Shown: positions 22,592 through 33,585 of the stretch, piece after piece
How the letters are laid out: the number at the start of each line of letters is the position of its first letter
Position numbering within the stretch: position 1 is the stretch's first letter
From: a virus
Lineage: Duplodnaviria > Caudoviricetes
IMG/VR virus record: IMGVR_UViG_3300028591_003923
Location: 1-64,000 of that record
Strand: one strand, 5' to 3'
Length of the DNA stretch: 64,000 nt
Position numbers and translations under genes: made by a program
The notes under the pieces: model-generated
Seen by the model: only the letters and a program-made list of their open reading frames with translations
Told to the model about the DNA's origin: nothing
Databases searched by the model: none

Positions 22592-23056
22592 ATGAATAAT
22601 GCAAAGAAATTTATTCCACTATTTGTAATTTTTAACATTAGTGGATTCATATATATAATTTTAGAGCTTCTATGGCGTGGCTATACCCATTGGACAATGT
22701 ACTTATGTGCAGGTCTGTGCGGTTTAGTAATGGCAGCAATTAACGATAACTGGTTTAAAATGGATACAGACTTTCGTTTTCAAGTTATAGCTTCTGCCGT
22801 ATCATGCACAATAATGGAGTTCTTTTTTGGAATCGTATTCAATGGAGATTTTTCAATATGGGACTATCGAGGTCTATGGGGAACAATTCATTTCCTCGGT
22901 GACCAAGTAAACGTTTTGTTCTTTGGAATGTGGATGTTTATAAGTATTTTCGCATTACCATTTCTCGATTGGATGCAATGGAAATTAGGAATAGGTCAAA
23001 GACCGTATTATAGAATTGGACGTTGGTATTGGCGCCCATGGGAGGAAAAGGAGTAA
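22592..23056 (+). CDS. Membrane protein (putative ABC-transporter-permease-like family common in phage tail modules)
   Basis: ELLWRGYTHWTM and IWDY motifs, four hydrophobic segments. Confidence 0.7.
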   Translation: MNNAKKFIPLFVIFNISGFIYIILELLWRGYTHWTMYLCAGLCGLVMAAINDNWFKMDTDFRFQVIASAVSCTIMEFFFGIVFNGDFSIWDYRGLWGTIHFLGDQVNVLFFGMWMFISIFALPFLDWMQWKLGIGQRPYYRIGRWYWRPWEEKE

Positions 23057-25683
23057 TGGCAGTTTTAAAGGATTTAATTGTTCATGGGCCAAGTAGATTT
23101 TTAAATGGGATTCAAACTGATTCATTGAAAGCCAATACCATTGATGCAAAAAATGGCTATTTTAAATATTTAAAAGCTATAGATGGAGATATAGAAAATT
23201 TAAGTGTTGAAGAGCTATTAGCGCAAAAAGCTACGGTAGTTGGATTATTAGATATTAAGGGTGAATTACATACTAATACTTGGACAAATTCAAATATTGC
23301 TAATATAGGTGGTGTATTTTATATATCTCCTACTGTAATTTCGACCTCTGCAAATGTAGTCATTGGTGGAAACGAAAATAGTAGAACCTTAACAGTTAGT
23401 GGCGGTTCTTTTGCTACAACAACAGTACCAACGTGGAATGGTACAACAGAAAGCACAAGTGGGTGGGTAATTGGCTCGCGAGTAATGGTAACTGGTTCTG
23501 TTACTTATAATAATGTTGAATATCCACTGGGAACTTGTATAGGATATATCAGTGGTGCATTAACTAGTAGTGGTTTTACAGTTCAACAAATTAGTTCAGA
23601 AGCTTTAGAAAGTATTTTTGCAATAACAGGGACAAATTCTTTGTCTGGAACAAATATTCAAATTTCTATGTATGAAATTGGTCCAGGTAATAATAATAAC
23701 CAATCTAATAACGCTTCTTATAAACCTGTTGGTATTTTAATGACTTCTTATGGCATGGCTGATAAATCAACTCATATAGATATATATGGTGGTGTTAATG
23801 CTAAAAATACTAGCTCAAAAACTAGTGGAATGGCTGACCCAAATGTACGTATTGGTCATTTAAGTGGGTTAGATTCTTATACTGATTCAGCAGGTAATAC
23901 ACGCCAACCAACTGGATGGGGTATTTATACAGATAATGGTTATTTTAAAGGAGTTGTAGTAGCAGATAGTGGTTCTATTGGAAAGTTTACTATCAATTCT
24001 AAAGCTATTTATTCTGATACTCATAGTGCTTGGAATACTAGTAGTCAAGGTATTTTTATAGGAACTAATGATACTAATTATTATATATCTGGTGGTTCGG
24101 GTGCAAGTTGGTGGATTAGAGATGATGGTAGGTTTCAGTTTGGTGGTACTAATGGAATTACCTATGATGGTTCCATTTTAAAAGTACCTGCTGCAAATGT
24201 AAGTGGTGCATTAACTGCTGCAACGATGGAAACCAATTTATTAACTGCTTTAAATACAAAAATTAGTGCTTTAACTGCTACAACCGCAACAATTGGTAGT
24301 TGGACTATATCTAAGGGAGTAATGCAACATGCTACTGTTGGTGGAAGTGGTGGTGTTTGGATTTCTGCTGATACAGACACCTCGTCTAATGTAACTGTTG
24401 GAAATTCTGGGGCGATTAAGACTTGGAGATTGTTAGTTAATAATACTTTTGGAGTTACTACAGCTGGAAAGTTATATGCTAGTGGAGCAGATATAAGCGG
24501 GAAAATTACTGCAACTTCTTTTGAAGCGCAAGGATATTCTGGAACCACCCTTCAAAGGAAAACAACCGTTGATTCAACAGGCCTAAATGTATATGATGGT
24601 TCAAATAATTTATTAGCTCAATTTGGAACAACTTCAACAATTGGACGTACAAGTGGAAATAATTATAACATATATATAGATAATGGTGCAATTAGTTTAA
24701 GATATAATACTAATGTATTAAATAAAATTGACACTTCTGGAATGAAATTATATTTGTCATCAGATCAAACCAACGCAATTGCTAATTTTGGTTCAACGGT
24801 TGTAATTGGAAAAACTAATAGTAATAATATACAAATAAAAGATGCTAATATAACATTCTATAAAAATGGTGTAACACTTGCAACAATAGAAGGTGGTAAC
24901 TATCCTTCTTTTCATATATTTAGTGAAGGATTAGATGCTGCAAAATATTATGGAAATAGTATAATATTAACACAGGTAGAGAATCAACAATATCTAGGAC
25001 ATTTAGATTTAATGGCGCCATTATCAGATGGTGATAATTTATTATATAGTGAAGATACAAATGGTATAAAACTTATAGATTTATATTATGATGAGCCAAA
25101 TGCTCAAGCCCACCTATTATTAAATGGCAGTATAATGGCTCGAGGTATGGCTGGTCAAATAATTATGACAGGTTGCCCGGCTGGAGGTCCTGGCAGTTCA
25201 ACTTTAGTTCCTGCTAATAATACAACGATATATGAGCCAATTCCTGGATGGTTAATATGTAATGGAGCCGCAGTTTCCCGTACAACATATGCTACGCTTT
25301 TTGCAGTAATTGGAACTACATATGGCACAGGAAACGGTTCAACTACATTTAATTTACCAGATTTCCGTGGACGTGTTGGTGTTGGAGGTGGTACTAGTAC
25401 GGCTACTGGCGCAACTAACCATACTTTAAATCAAAAAGCAGGAGAAGAAACTCACGTATTAACACCTGGTGAAACTGCTATGAAAGCACACGATCATGGA
25501 ATAGAGTATAATATAGTTTATAGAACAACAGCCTCTTCTGGTGGTGGCGTTCGTAATGTAGTAAGTGGAGGTTCTAGTACAACTAGTACATTAAGCACTA
25601 CTGCAGCCAATGGTTCTGCACATAATAATATGCAACCATATATAGGAATTAACTACATAATTTGCACAGGTAAAACCTATTAA
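23056..25683 (+). CDS. Tail fibre protein with C-terminal tail-collar domain
   Basis: GWLICNGAAVSRTTYATLFAVIGTTYGTGNGSTTFNLPDFRGR and HNNMQPY motifs. Confidence 0.85.
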   Translation: MAVLKDLIVHGPSRFLNGIQTDSLKANTIDAKNGYFKYLKAIDGDIENLSVEELLAQKATVVGLLDIKGELHTNTWTNSNIANIGGVFYISPTVISTSANVVIGGNENSRTLTVSGGSFATTTVPTWNGTTESTSGWVIGSRVMVTGSVTYNNVEYPLGTCIGYISGALTSSGFTVQQISSEALESIFAITGTNSLSGTNIQISMYEIGPGNNNNQSNNASYKPVGILMTSYGMADKSTHIDIYGGVNAKNTSSKTSGMADPNVRIGHLSGLDSYTDSAGNTRQPTGWGIYTDNGYFKGVVVADSGSIGKFTINSKAIYSDTHSAWNTSSQGIFIGTNDTNYYISGGSGASWWIRDDGRFQFGGTNGITYDGSILKVPAANVSGALTAATMETNLLTALNTKISALTATTATIGSWTISKGVMQHATVGGSGGVWISADTDTSSNVTVGNSGAIKTWRLLVNNTFGVTTAGKLYASGADISGKITATSFEAQGYSGTTLQRKTTVDSTGLNVYDGSNNLLAQFGTTSTIGRTSGNNYNIYIDNGAISLRYNTNVLNKIDTSGMKLYLSSDQTNAIANFGSTVVIGKTNSNNIQIKDANITFYKNGVTLATIEGGNYPSFHIFSEGLDAAKYYGNSIILTQVENQQYLGHLDLMAPLSDGDNLLYSEDTNGIKLIDLYYDEPNAQAHLLLNGSIMARGMAGQIIMTGCPAGGPGSSTLVPANNTTIYEPIPGWLICNGAAVSRTTYATLFAVIGTTYGTGNGSTTFNLPDFRGRVGVGGGTSTATGATNHTLNQKAGEETHVLTPGETAMKAHDHGIEYNIVYRTTASSGGGVRNVVSGGSSTTSTLSTTAANGSAHNNMQPYIGINYIICTGKTY

Positions 25684-25767
25684 TTCTTAATTTAATATAA
25701 CTTTTCTATAAAAAATCCACTTTATCCTAGAGATAAAGTGGGTTTATTTTATATGGAGGAAAGTACA

Positions 25768-26685
25768 ATGTCAAAGAAAGGTTTTGACATTTCCTACGTT
25801 CAATCCAACCTTTCCGTATCCGATTTTCAATCTGCACTCAATGCTGGTTGGGAATTCGTAATTATCCGCCTCGGCACAAACTACCGCGGCGCACTATATA
25901 CAGACCAACAATTCGAAAGTAAATATAAAAATGCAACCAAGGCTGGATTAAAAGTGGGAATTTATTTTTATGGAATGGCAAGAAACATTACTGCCGCGCA
26001 AGCGGAAGCAAAATATGTTCTTCAAGTTCTTAACAAACGTCATTTAGACTATCCAATATTCTATGACTACGAAGACCCTACACAAGCAGGTTTAGTACCT
26101 GAATTATCAACTGCAATTTGTGAAGCTTTCTGTAAGATAATTGAAGACGCAGGCTATGCAGCTGGCGTATATGCATCGTGTAATTGGTTGACTAATAGGC
26201 TTTTGCCAATAGACAAGAAATACAATGTCTGGCTCGCGCAATATCCGAAAGCTACTTATAAAGGACGCTACGAAATGCATCAGTATTCAAACAATACTAA
26301 CATTCCTGGTATTGCCAAATATACCGATGCTAACGTATCTGATATACCTTATGGCTCATATCCAAAAGATGCGTCAAAATCAGCTTCGTCTAAAGCTAAG
26401 ACAATGTCTACTGCGGCCGCACCAAAAACAAAAACCATAAAGGTTAGAATTGAATACCCAATCCTTCCAAAGCGCGGGTATTTTAAAAAAGGCGATAGAA
26501 ACTTGCAAGTTAAAAGGCTTCAAACTCTACTTAATCAAAAGGGTTATAATTGTGGGAAAGTAGACGGAATTTTAGGTGATAAAACACTTATTGGAATAAG
26601 AAGTTTCCAAAAGAAAAATGGACTTGTCGTAGATGGTTTATTCGGCGTTAAATCGCTTATTAAATTAAAACAGTTATATAAGTAG
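25768..26685 (+). CDS. Endolysin: GH25 muramidase plus peptidoglycan-binding domain
   Basis: GFDISYVQ, IFYDYED, HQYS; C-terminal VKRLQ..DGILG..FQ..GLVVDGLFG. Confidence 0.9.
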   Translation: MSKKGFDISYVQSNLSVSDFQSALNAGWEFVIIRLGTNYRGALYTDQQFESKYKNATKAGLKVGIYFYGMARNITAAQAEAKYVLQVLNKRHLDYPIFYDYEDPTQAGLVPELSTAICEAFCKIIEDAGYAAGVYASCNWLTNRLLPIDKKYNVWLAQYPKATYKGRYEMHQYSNNTNIPGIAKYTDANVSDIPYGSYPKDASKSASSKAKTMSTAAAPKTKTIKVRIEYPILPKRGYFKKGDRNLQVKRLQTLLNQKGYNCGKVDGILGDKTLIGIRSFQKKNGLVVDGLFGVKSLIKLKQLYK

Positions 26686-26696
26686 GAGGTATACTT

Positions 26697-27083
26697 ATGT
26701 TTGAAATTATTTGTAACAAAATATTTGGAATGAATAATGCTACACGTAGACGTTCAGTAGAAGCCATTTTATGTTACATTTTTATGGTATTTGCTACTCT
26801 ACATATACCTGTACCAGGCGAAGATTGGCAAGAGATTATCGTTAAAGGAATACTTATTGCCTTAGAAGCTTTTGAATTATTCTATGAACAGCACTACAAA
26901 AACAATGACCACACTGAAATTGCTGCAGAGCATACTGGTGAAATGAGACAAGAAAAACTTGAACAAGACCCTAACTATCAAGGTGAACGTTTTTACACAG
27001 AGGAGCTTGGTGCAACAGATATCGATGAGTTGGAAGATGTAGAAATAGAGGTTGACCCAGAAGAAGCAGAAGAGGTGGAATAA
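26697..27083 (+). CDS. Holin (SPP1-like)
   Basis: Two hydrophobic segments then YKNN..T..A motif and an acidic tail; lies between two lysins. Confidence 0.65.
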   Translation: MFEIICNKIFGMNNATRRRSVEAILCYIFMVFATLHIPVPGEDWQEIIVKGILIALEAFELFYEQHYKNNDHTEIAAEHTGEMRQEKLEQDPNYQGERFYTEELGATDIDELEDVEIEVDPEEAEEVE

Positions 27084-27084
27084 A

Positions 27085-28365
27085 ATGAATAAAACAGTTT
27101 ATAGTCAGCTTGATTCTCGCTGGGGTAAACTGCCTTATCCAAATAAAACTTACACTCTTAGTACTTCTGGTTGTGGATGTGTTTCTGTAACTCATTTATT
27201 AATTGAAACTAAAAAATATCAGAAATATACGCCGAAGAATGTCCAACCCTATATGAAGCAGTTTGCCGTACCTGGCGCGGGTACCACACACGCAGGCATT
27301 AGTACTGCGCTTAGATACTATGGTTTTACGGTTAAGCAACACGCATCAATGGATAACTTATTTGCTACCTTAAAAAAGAATAAATATAAAATGGGTATTT
27401 TATTATTTATTAAAGGTAGTCGTGGCGGCATAACTTGGACAACGAACGGGCATTACGTGGCTTTTACTGGATACAAAGTAGTCAATGGTAAGCATTACTT
27501 TTATACGAAAGACTCAGGCGGCCGCAGACATACAGGTTGGTATTGTTATGAAACACAGATGAAAGGATTGATATATAAGGTATGGTCAGCAGTACCGGGA
27601 GCTTCTTTAATGAATAACGAAACATACACAATTAAGTTTAAGAGTCGTGGTGGAGAGGGTACAATGGCTTCTATTAAAGTAGAGGTTGGTAAATCAGTTA
27701 CTCTTCCGAAGAATCTTTTTAAACGCAAAGACTTCAAATTTGTTGGTTGGAGCGTTGGTAAATCAAATGTTATAAATATGAAACGTTTCCAAATTGGAAA
27801 AGTTAAGTACAAGAATAAAGCAAAAGTGAAAAATCTTGCTAAAGGTGGCGGTACGGTTACTCTCTATGCTTGTTGGAAAGGTGTAGGCCCAGAAGCCGCA
27901 GTACTTTGGGCGAGAAAAATTGCAGCGGACAACAGCTTTACTTATGGCTTAGTTGCTACCAATGGAAAACTTTCTAAGACCAACGGACATACACATTGTT
28001 ACTTCTGCCAAGGTGGTAAAAAAGTTTTCAACTGTAATGGCTTATGCTATGGAGCATATCAACATGGCGCAGGACACTTTAAGAAATTTGCGGCTGGTTC
28101 AACAGACCCAACATGGTGGGCTGCACATGGATTTAAGAAATTGGGAACTAACTACGACCCTAAGAAAATTAAAGCTGGAGATATTATTTGTTGCTACAAT
28201 GGAAAGAGATGGAGTCATGTGATGATAGCATCTAGTGGTTCAGACGTCGCACTTTCAAAGAGAAGAATTGTAAATGCGCGCGGATGGGGCAAAGGTATTT
28301 GTACGCAGAATATGCTTAAGAAACTTAAGCTTTATAAGAAATATTATGTGTTAAGATTAAAGTAA
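27085..28365 (+). CDS. Second lysin-like protein: C39-like peptidase, InlB-B-type repeat, NlpC/P60-like domain
   Basis: YSQLDSRW..SGCG..GHYV; F.GW..TLYACW repeat; FNCNGL..AGDII..SHV. Confidence 0.7.
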   Translation: MNKTVYSQLDSRWGKLPYPNKTYTLSTSGCGCVSVTHLLIETKKYQKYTPKNVQPYMKQFAVPGAGTTHAGISTALRYYGFTVKQHASMDNLFATLKKNKYKMGILLFIKGSRGGITWTTNGHYVAFTGYKVVNGKHYFYTKDSGGRRHTGWYCYETQMKGLIYKVWSAVPGASLMNNETYTIKFKSRGGEGTMASIKVEVGKSVTLPKNLFKRKDFKFVGWSVGKSNVINMKRFQIGKVKYKNKAKVKNLAKGGGTVTLYACWKGVGPEAAVLWARKIAADNSFTYGLVATNGKLSKTNGHTHCYFCQGGKKVFNCNGLCYGAYQHGAGHFKKFAAGSTDPTWWAAHGFKKLGTNYDPKKIKAGDIICCYNGKRWSHVMIASSGSDVALSKRRIVNARGWGKGICTQNMLKKLKLYKKYYVLRLK

Positions 28366-28367
28366 AA

Positions 28368-28404
28368 TAAAAGAGCAGTAGATTAAGTTCTACTGCTCTT
28401 TTTT
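28368..28404. terminator. Bidirectional terminator between convergent operons
   Basis: aaaagagcagtaga-ttaagt-tctactgctctttttt. Confidence 0.85.
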
Positions 28405-28416
28405 TGTATATAACTG

Positions 28417-28713
28417 TTAATTTACATTTATCTCGGTTGTATACGCCTTCCAATCATGTGCCGGGGTTATTACTGTTTCACCATCCATAGGTGGCCATTC
28501 AGGTGGCCAAGCGGTTGTCGTTGCTTTAACTGTTCTTATTGGCGCATCTTTAAATGCCCAGCATGGACATACACTTGTAGTCGGACTCAGCGCGCGGCCA
28601 CACTTTGGACAAACCCATCCATAAACCGTTGGTCCAACCTGCACAAAGTCATCGTTATCCACGGTTATTCTTTTCTTCTCTGCTGATTCCATCAAATTTT
28701 TCTCCTGTTTCAT
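28417..28713 (-). CDS. Hypothetical protein with GWVCPKCG zinc motif
   Basis: GWVCPKCGRALSP..CPC. Confidence 0.6.
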   Translation of the reverse strand: MKQEKNLMESAEKKRITVDNDDFVQVGPTVYGWVCPKCGRALSPTTSVCPCWAFKDAPIRTVKATTTAWPPEWPPMDGETVITPAHDWKAYTTEINVN

Positions 28714-28861
28714 CTAAACGGTAGCCAGCCTTTTCGTAGGCTATTGCCGCCATTTCAATTCCGTCTTCTATTCCTGCGTTCATACCGCAGCGCCAACCCA
28801 CCGCAAAGGAGCCAAGGATTGTCGCTGCGACGAGTACATATTCAAATATATTAATTGTCAT
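28655..28861 (-). CDS. Small membrane protein
   Basis: N-terminal hydrophobic helix; overlaps the ligase stop. Confidence 0.55.
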   Translation of the reverse strand: MTINIFEYVLVAATILGSFAVGWRCGMNAGIEDGIEMAAIAYEKAGYRLDETGEKFDGISREEKNNRG

Positions 28862-29978
28862 AAATTTTCTCCCATGTGCAGTCAGTTAGTTCTATGTCGT
28901 CACGCCAATTACAGAATTTCGGGTGACGTACACCGCCAGTATCCATAATTTCCATGGCTGTTATTGTGCATACACGACCTACATAGTCTTTCCAATGTTC
29001 TTTGACTTCATCGGTTATACCACTAAGGTTGCCAATTTCTACTAACTGACCATCTTTATATACGCCGAGTTGAAGCGAACCTGCCCAACCATAGAACCAG
29101 TTTTTCGTTACTGGAACCAACGGCGCGCCATCTGCGTAAGACAAGTAAATATTAGCATTGTATTTATCACTATATGCAGCTGAAGTTATCTTCTCGTTGT
29201 TTAAAATATCAAACCAGTAAGGCCATGACTCTATTTCTTTTCCTGTGTATTCTTTGCTAGGTGGATTCGCTCCCACTACGATACAATCAATTGTTTCTTG
29301 GAGTTCTTTCTTCACTTTAAGCGTGTCCTTGCTCGGTCTTTTGCCTGGTTGATACAGCGCGCCTTCACGTGTAATAACAACACCTTCGTATCCATCTGCA
29401 AGTAAACTCTGTAACTGATTCCAAAGTTCCTGTCCTCTATAATATTTCGCCCATTCTACATTTTCAAACGGATAAGCCTTCCAGAATCCATCAAGTGATT
29501 CAAATCTTTCTCCTGCTGGTACGTCTAACCAAGACATATTATCCCAAGCAAGCACATCAAATATGTAATAGTGAAGTGGCTCTTTTTCTTGTCTTTTAAT
29601 TGCTTTTTCTCTAAGACAATTCATAATTGAAGTAGTTGATTTTGCTTGTTCATTTGATGGAAGGTAAAGCTCTCCAATGAAACATGTTCCTGGCGGCAGC
29701 TCCTTAAAGAACGAATCAAACTGTGGTACCCAATGTATCTTATCAAGGTATTCACCACTTACACTTTTACTACGTCCGCGCAAACACATATTACCGTCTT
29801 CATCTTTGCAGAATAGATAAAATGCGCCATCTCTTTTCTGCGCACCAAGCCATTCGCCGCTAAAAATACGCTGATTTACCGTAGTTTTTTTCTTGTCTAT
29901 ATCCCATGAGTTAGGGAAATTCCAGTATTTCATAATCGAGAGATTAAAAAAGTCTATTCCGTCTATATACCCTTTCAT
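28851..29978 (-). CDS. lig: ATP-dependent DNA ligase
   Basis: Motifs KRDG, GELY, FDVL, EGVV, LKVK and OB-fold RHP. Confidence 0.9.
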   Translation of the reverse strand: MKGYIDGIDFFNLSIMKYWNFPNSWDIDKKKTTVNQRIFSGEWLGAQKRDGAFYLFCKDEDGNMCLRGRSKSVSGEYLDKIHWVPQFDSFFKELPPGTCFIGELYLPSNEQAKSTTSIMNCLREKAIKRQEKEPLHYYIFDVLAWDNMSWLDVPAGERFESLDGFWKAYPFENVEWAKYYRGQELWNQLQSLLADGYEGVVITREGALYQPGKRPSKDTLKVKKELQETIDCIVVGANPPSKEYTGKEIESWPYWFDILNNEKITSAAYSDKYNANIYLSYADGAPLVPVTKNWFYGWAGSLQLGVYKDGQLVEIGNLSGITDEVKEHWKDYVGRVCTITAMEIMDTGGVRHPKFCNWRDDIELTDCTWEKIYDN

Positions 29979-30563
29979 TTAAGCCTCCTTCGCGCATCTT
30001 GGGTCATCCCATATATGTAGTTCTGAATTATAACTATTCCAATTTTGTAGCCTTAGCCACGCTATAAAATTCTGTGCATCTGCTTTTAAATCACTGAGAT
30101 TTCCCGTATTCATATAAGTATAATCATAAATACCTTTAAAGACGTTATCATCTGCATGATTTCCATAATCAAACACATCTACAGACGGGCGCCTTATGAG
30201 TAAAGCAAATGCGTTAAAATCATCACCCCATCTTTCAATGTCTTTCATTTCTCTACAATGAACAAATATAACTAAATCATTCGTTGGTTTCTTTTCTCTT
30301 TCATATTTATCAAGGATGAATTGTATTACATCAATACAATACTGATAAGGCATATCATTATATTCATCCAACGCATCCTTTATGTCACTAAGAAAACGTC
30401 TACCTGCCGCGTCTTTTTTTCCGTCCCAGCCAATGCGTTCAGCTACTTCTTTTACATAGTCAACCATTGATATATTTTTTATATTGTCGTCTTTTTCCAT
30501 ACAAGCGGCTACGAATTCGTCTTTACCAGTTCCGCCTTTTCCGTTTATTGCTACTATTTTCAT
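29979..30563 (-). CDS. P-loop nucleoside monophosphate kinase-like protein
   Basis: INGKGGTGKD Walker A; GWDGKKD..GRRFL; NHAD. Confidence 0.75.
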   Translation of the reverse strand: MKIVAINGKGGTGKDEFVAACMEKDDNIKNISMVDYVKEVAERIGWDGKKDAAGRRFLSDIKDALDEYNDMPYQYCIDVIQFILDKYEREKKPTNDLVIFVHCREMKDIERWGDDFNAFALLIRRPSVDVFDYGNHADDNVFKGIYDYTYMNTGNLSDLKADAQNFIAWLRLQNWNSYNSELHIWDDPRCAKEA

Positions 30564-30979
30564 TCTCCATATACCTCATTAAATATATTTCTAAATTCTT
30601 CTAAAGTGATACCGTATGTATCCTGCGCCCAGCGGCTTATGTAATTCATTAGCGTATCTACTGTCGCAACTTCATAGTCTGGTTGGCTGGCACATATCTC
30701 AATTTCTTCAATGTCTGATTTAAACAGATAGTGAAGGTTCTTTCTTTTACGAGCATGCCATCTAAATTTAATGTACTTTAAAAATGGCATTGAAATATAG
30801 ATGTTTTCTCCGCGAGTATCTGCAAGAATCATTGAGGCTGTATAGTAAAGTTGATGATTTGGATTTGTTGGGTCAAAATCACGCAATACTATTTTACCGT
30901 TTAGCATACGCTCGGACATAACATTATTTATTACGACTGCAATTATTTGGTCATATGTTTTTTGTGTTTTTTTGTCCAT
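30560..30979 (-). CDS. Hypothetical protein
   Basis: 139-aa ORF with aggag RBS; TTGACT..TATACT promoter upstream. Confidence 0.7.
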   Translation of the reverse strand: MDKKTQKTYDQIIAVVINNVMSERMLNGKIVLRDFDPTNPNHQLYYTASMILADTRGENIYISMPFLKYIKFRWHARKRKNLHYLFKSDIEEIEICASQPDYEVATVDTLMNYISRWAQDTYGITLEEFRNIFNEVYGE

Positions 30980-31434
30980 ATTATTCTCCTTCCATTTTAT
31001 TTTCTATATATAGTATAGCAGAATTTTCAGAAAAAGTCAAAATTACATAGAAAATTTGAATTAAGTTAAATTTTATGTTATCACGCGCGATAATATATAA
31101 ATGTAAGAACTTATTTGTTAAACCGTATACTGCGGCCGCCTGCTAATTTTGGACAGACCAGAAGGTGTGTTCACGACGTGGCTGACCGCGCGCAGTGTAC
31201 GTACAAACCAAAATTTGAAAAATAGGCAAATTTCCTATATACTATACTTGTAAGTTAAAAAGGAGCGAATTATGGATAAAAAATATTGGTGGATACTTGT
31301 TGATGAAGATGGTTTTCAACACGTAGAATATGCTGACGACTTAGACGAATTATATAGTACATGCGACTATTTTATTCAGGCTGCTATAAAGCTTGATTCT
31401 TATACTGTTGAAACGCTAAGAGAGGAACAAAATC

Positions 31435-31704
31435 ATGACTAATATAAATACTGTAAAAGAAAACATAGAACAGTTATACGATGTTAGACCAAGTACTGCT
31501 CAACTATTAATTGGATTACTTGAGCATGTATTAAATGTTATCGACCATGAATGCGAGTCACGAGAGAAAGAAAACAAAAATATGACCAATAGTGAAGCAA
31601 TAAATATCCTAAAATCTAAAATGGATGGAAGTGTTGATACTTCATATGAATGGTGTGAAGCTATTAGACTTGCAATTAACGCATTGGAGCAGAACAATGA
31701 TTGA
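31435..31704 (+). CDS. Hypothetical protein
   Basis: gagga RBS; EAI..AINALE C-terminal module. Confidence 0.6.
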   Translation: MTNINTVKENIEQLYDVRPSTAQLLIGLLEHVLNVIDHECESREKENKNMTNSEAINILKSKMDGSVDTSYEWCEAIRLAINALEQNND

Positions 31705-32023
31705 TTACATAAAACGTGAAGATGTTGATACATACTTTAATAATAGAAACGCTTGGTATAACTTTTATGAAACCCTTGAATCCATTCCAAGTGCAGACGT
31801 AGTTGAAGTAAAGCATGGTAAATGGATGGAAACCGCAGATGATGGCGTATGGAGTTATTCAGATGCTTATGCAGAGTGTGATCAATGTCATAAGGTTACT
31901 TTTAACGGATGGGGTATGAACTACTGTCCTAACTGCGGAGCGAGAATGAACGAGGAGCAAGATGATTTTGACTGGTGGGAAGAGTCTGGTGCTGCAGATG
32001 CTTATGCTGACCACCAAAGGTAA
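31697..32023 (+). CDS. Zinc-ribbon protein (IPSADV..HG.W..CxxC..YCPNCGARM family)
   Basis: Motif directly visible; paralogues at 32205, 44971 and 45592. Confidence 0.75.
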   Translation: MIDYIKREDVDTYFNNRNAWYNFYETLESIPSADVVEVKHGKWMETADDGVWSYSDAYAECDQCHKVTFNGWGMNYCPNCGARMNEEQDDFDWWEESGAADAYADHQR

Positions 32024-32204
32024 AGGAGCAAGGACATGAATGATGAATCTGTAGAACGGCTAATAAGAGAGTATCTAAGTAAGTGTAGAGTATGTGATGA
32101 GTGCTTTGCTGAAATCTTTTGTATATTGAAAGGACTAAGGGATAGCAGGGAGCCACAAAAGCGTTGTGTGGATAACATCAAAAAGTATTTTGAGGAGCAA
32201 GAGA

Positions 32205-32573
32205 ATGACTAAGATACTATGCCCAAGCGGGCTGTGGGTAAGCGAAGAGTATTGCGACAAGTGTGGACAGTGTAGACCAAACGAGAAGGTTGGACTCCCA
32301 CGGAGGGAGCAAGATGACTACATAAAGAGAGAAGATGCAATGGCGGCAGTAGATAAGTGCAGACGTGATACTTTTCAACAACTTAGCGGCATGAAAGGGT
32401 ACTTAAATGCGATACCTTCTGCTGATGTAGCTGAGGTAAAACACAGCGTATGGAAAGTTGCGTCAGCAGACCCTGACAAAGAGTATGAGTGTATGAGGTG
32501 TAAAAAAGCTGTAGGGTGGAAATACTTATATTGCCCCAACTGCGGTGCCAGAATGGATGGAGAAGAGTTATGA
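32205..32573 (+). CDS. Zinc-ribbon protein, same family, with a fused Cys-rich N-terminal module
   Basis: DYIKREDA..IPSADV..YCPNCGARM. Confidence 0.7.
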   Translation: MTKILCPSGLWVSEEYCDKCGQCRPNEKVGLPRREQDDYIKREDAMAAVDKCRRDTFQQLSGMKGYLNAIPSADVAEVKHSVWKVASADPDKEYECMRCKKAVGWKYLYCPNCGARMDGEEL

Positions 32574-32941
32574 GCGGAAAGGCAACTAAAGAAGAAATAG
32601 ATGAGCTTGCTAAACAAATAGTAGAATCAGGACAAATTACTTTACTAGACATATACGTTGGAAAATTTTTAGCCAAGCTTAGTGCCTGGTATTGGAAAAT
32701 ACGTATCACATTGGAGGACTTTATACATGGACAACGATGAGAATGAGAATGATTACTATGATAGTTTCATATATACTGGTGAACTTGAAAATATAATTGC
32801 CTACTATATAAAGAAGTATAGTATTGATGATTTCCTAGAGTATCTTGTAGACATATTAAGATACAGAATTTGAAAAACTTTAAAAATTTATATATAATAT
32901 ATATGTAAGTTAAAAAAGAGAACAAAAAGAAAGGTTACTTT

Positions 32942-33406
32942 ATGGTATACACACCCAATCACAATCCAGACTATTACAAACTTAATCCTTCTATGACGAA
33001 CTGCGGTAGTTATGCCTTCAACATAGAAGAATGGTACGACCCAGAGCTGGATGAAGAATGGGGTGAAATAGAAGAATGGATAGACTATTTCCTTGATGCG
33101 GGATATGAGCTTTCAGAAGTGCCTGACTTAATCGCACGATGTTACGTTGACCAAATCCTATCCGATTTCTATGAAGATGTCCGTCTCATTGATAACGAAC
33201 ACGACGGCGCGCCGAATGAGGAAGTCATAGCGTTCCGCGTATACATAGACCTTGAAGATTTTTGGGGATTTGATTTCCATTTCAAAGTCTTTCGTGATGG
33301 CTACTGGAGAGAAAAGTGTGGTTCTCAAGACGTGACTCCATGTGATTTAGAAACATGGGGTCGGTACAATAGCTCAACTTTCTTCTTTGCAAAAAAGATA
33401 ATCTGA
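32942..33406 (+). CDS. Hypothetical acidic protein, possible Cys-His catalytic pair
   Basis: TNCGSYAF and DFHF..W.EK.G; own sigma-A promoter at about 32870-32898. Confidence 0.6.
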   Translation: MVYTPNHNPDYYKLNPSMTNCGSYAFNIEEWYDPELDEEWGEIEEWIDYFLDAGYELSEVPDLIARCYVDQILSDFYEDVRLIDNEHDGAPNEEVIAFRVYIDLEDFWGFDFHFKVFRDGYWREKCGSQDVTPCDLETWGRYNSSTFFFAKKII

Positions 33407-33410
33407 AAAT

Positions 33411-33525
33411 TTGAAAAGTTCTGAAATTTTTGCTATAATATATATACAAGGTTGAAAGAGATAAGAAATTTTTGAGAAAAAATTAGTTCTGAAATTTTGA
33501 CAAACTTAAAAAATTCTGATATAAT
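33411..33525 (+). promoter_or_regulatory. Two tandem sigma-A promoters driving the ORF-free ncRNA block
   Basis: TTGAAA-17-TATAAT (33411-33439) and TTGACA-17-TATAAT (33497-33525). Confidence 0.85.
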
Positions 33526-33585
33526 ATATATGTAAGAAAAAGAAAACAAACATTGATGCATTTCAGGAACATGTTGATGTTTAAT

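Noticed and set aside
1-25683. Diversity-generating retroelement acting on the LRR or tail fibres
   Set aside because: No reverse transcriptase or template/variable repeat pair seen; LRR variation is not adenine-specific.
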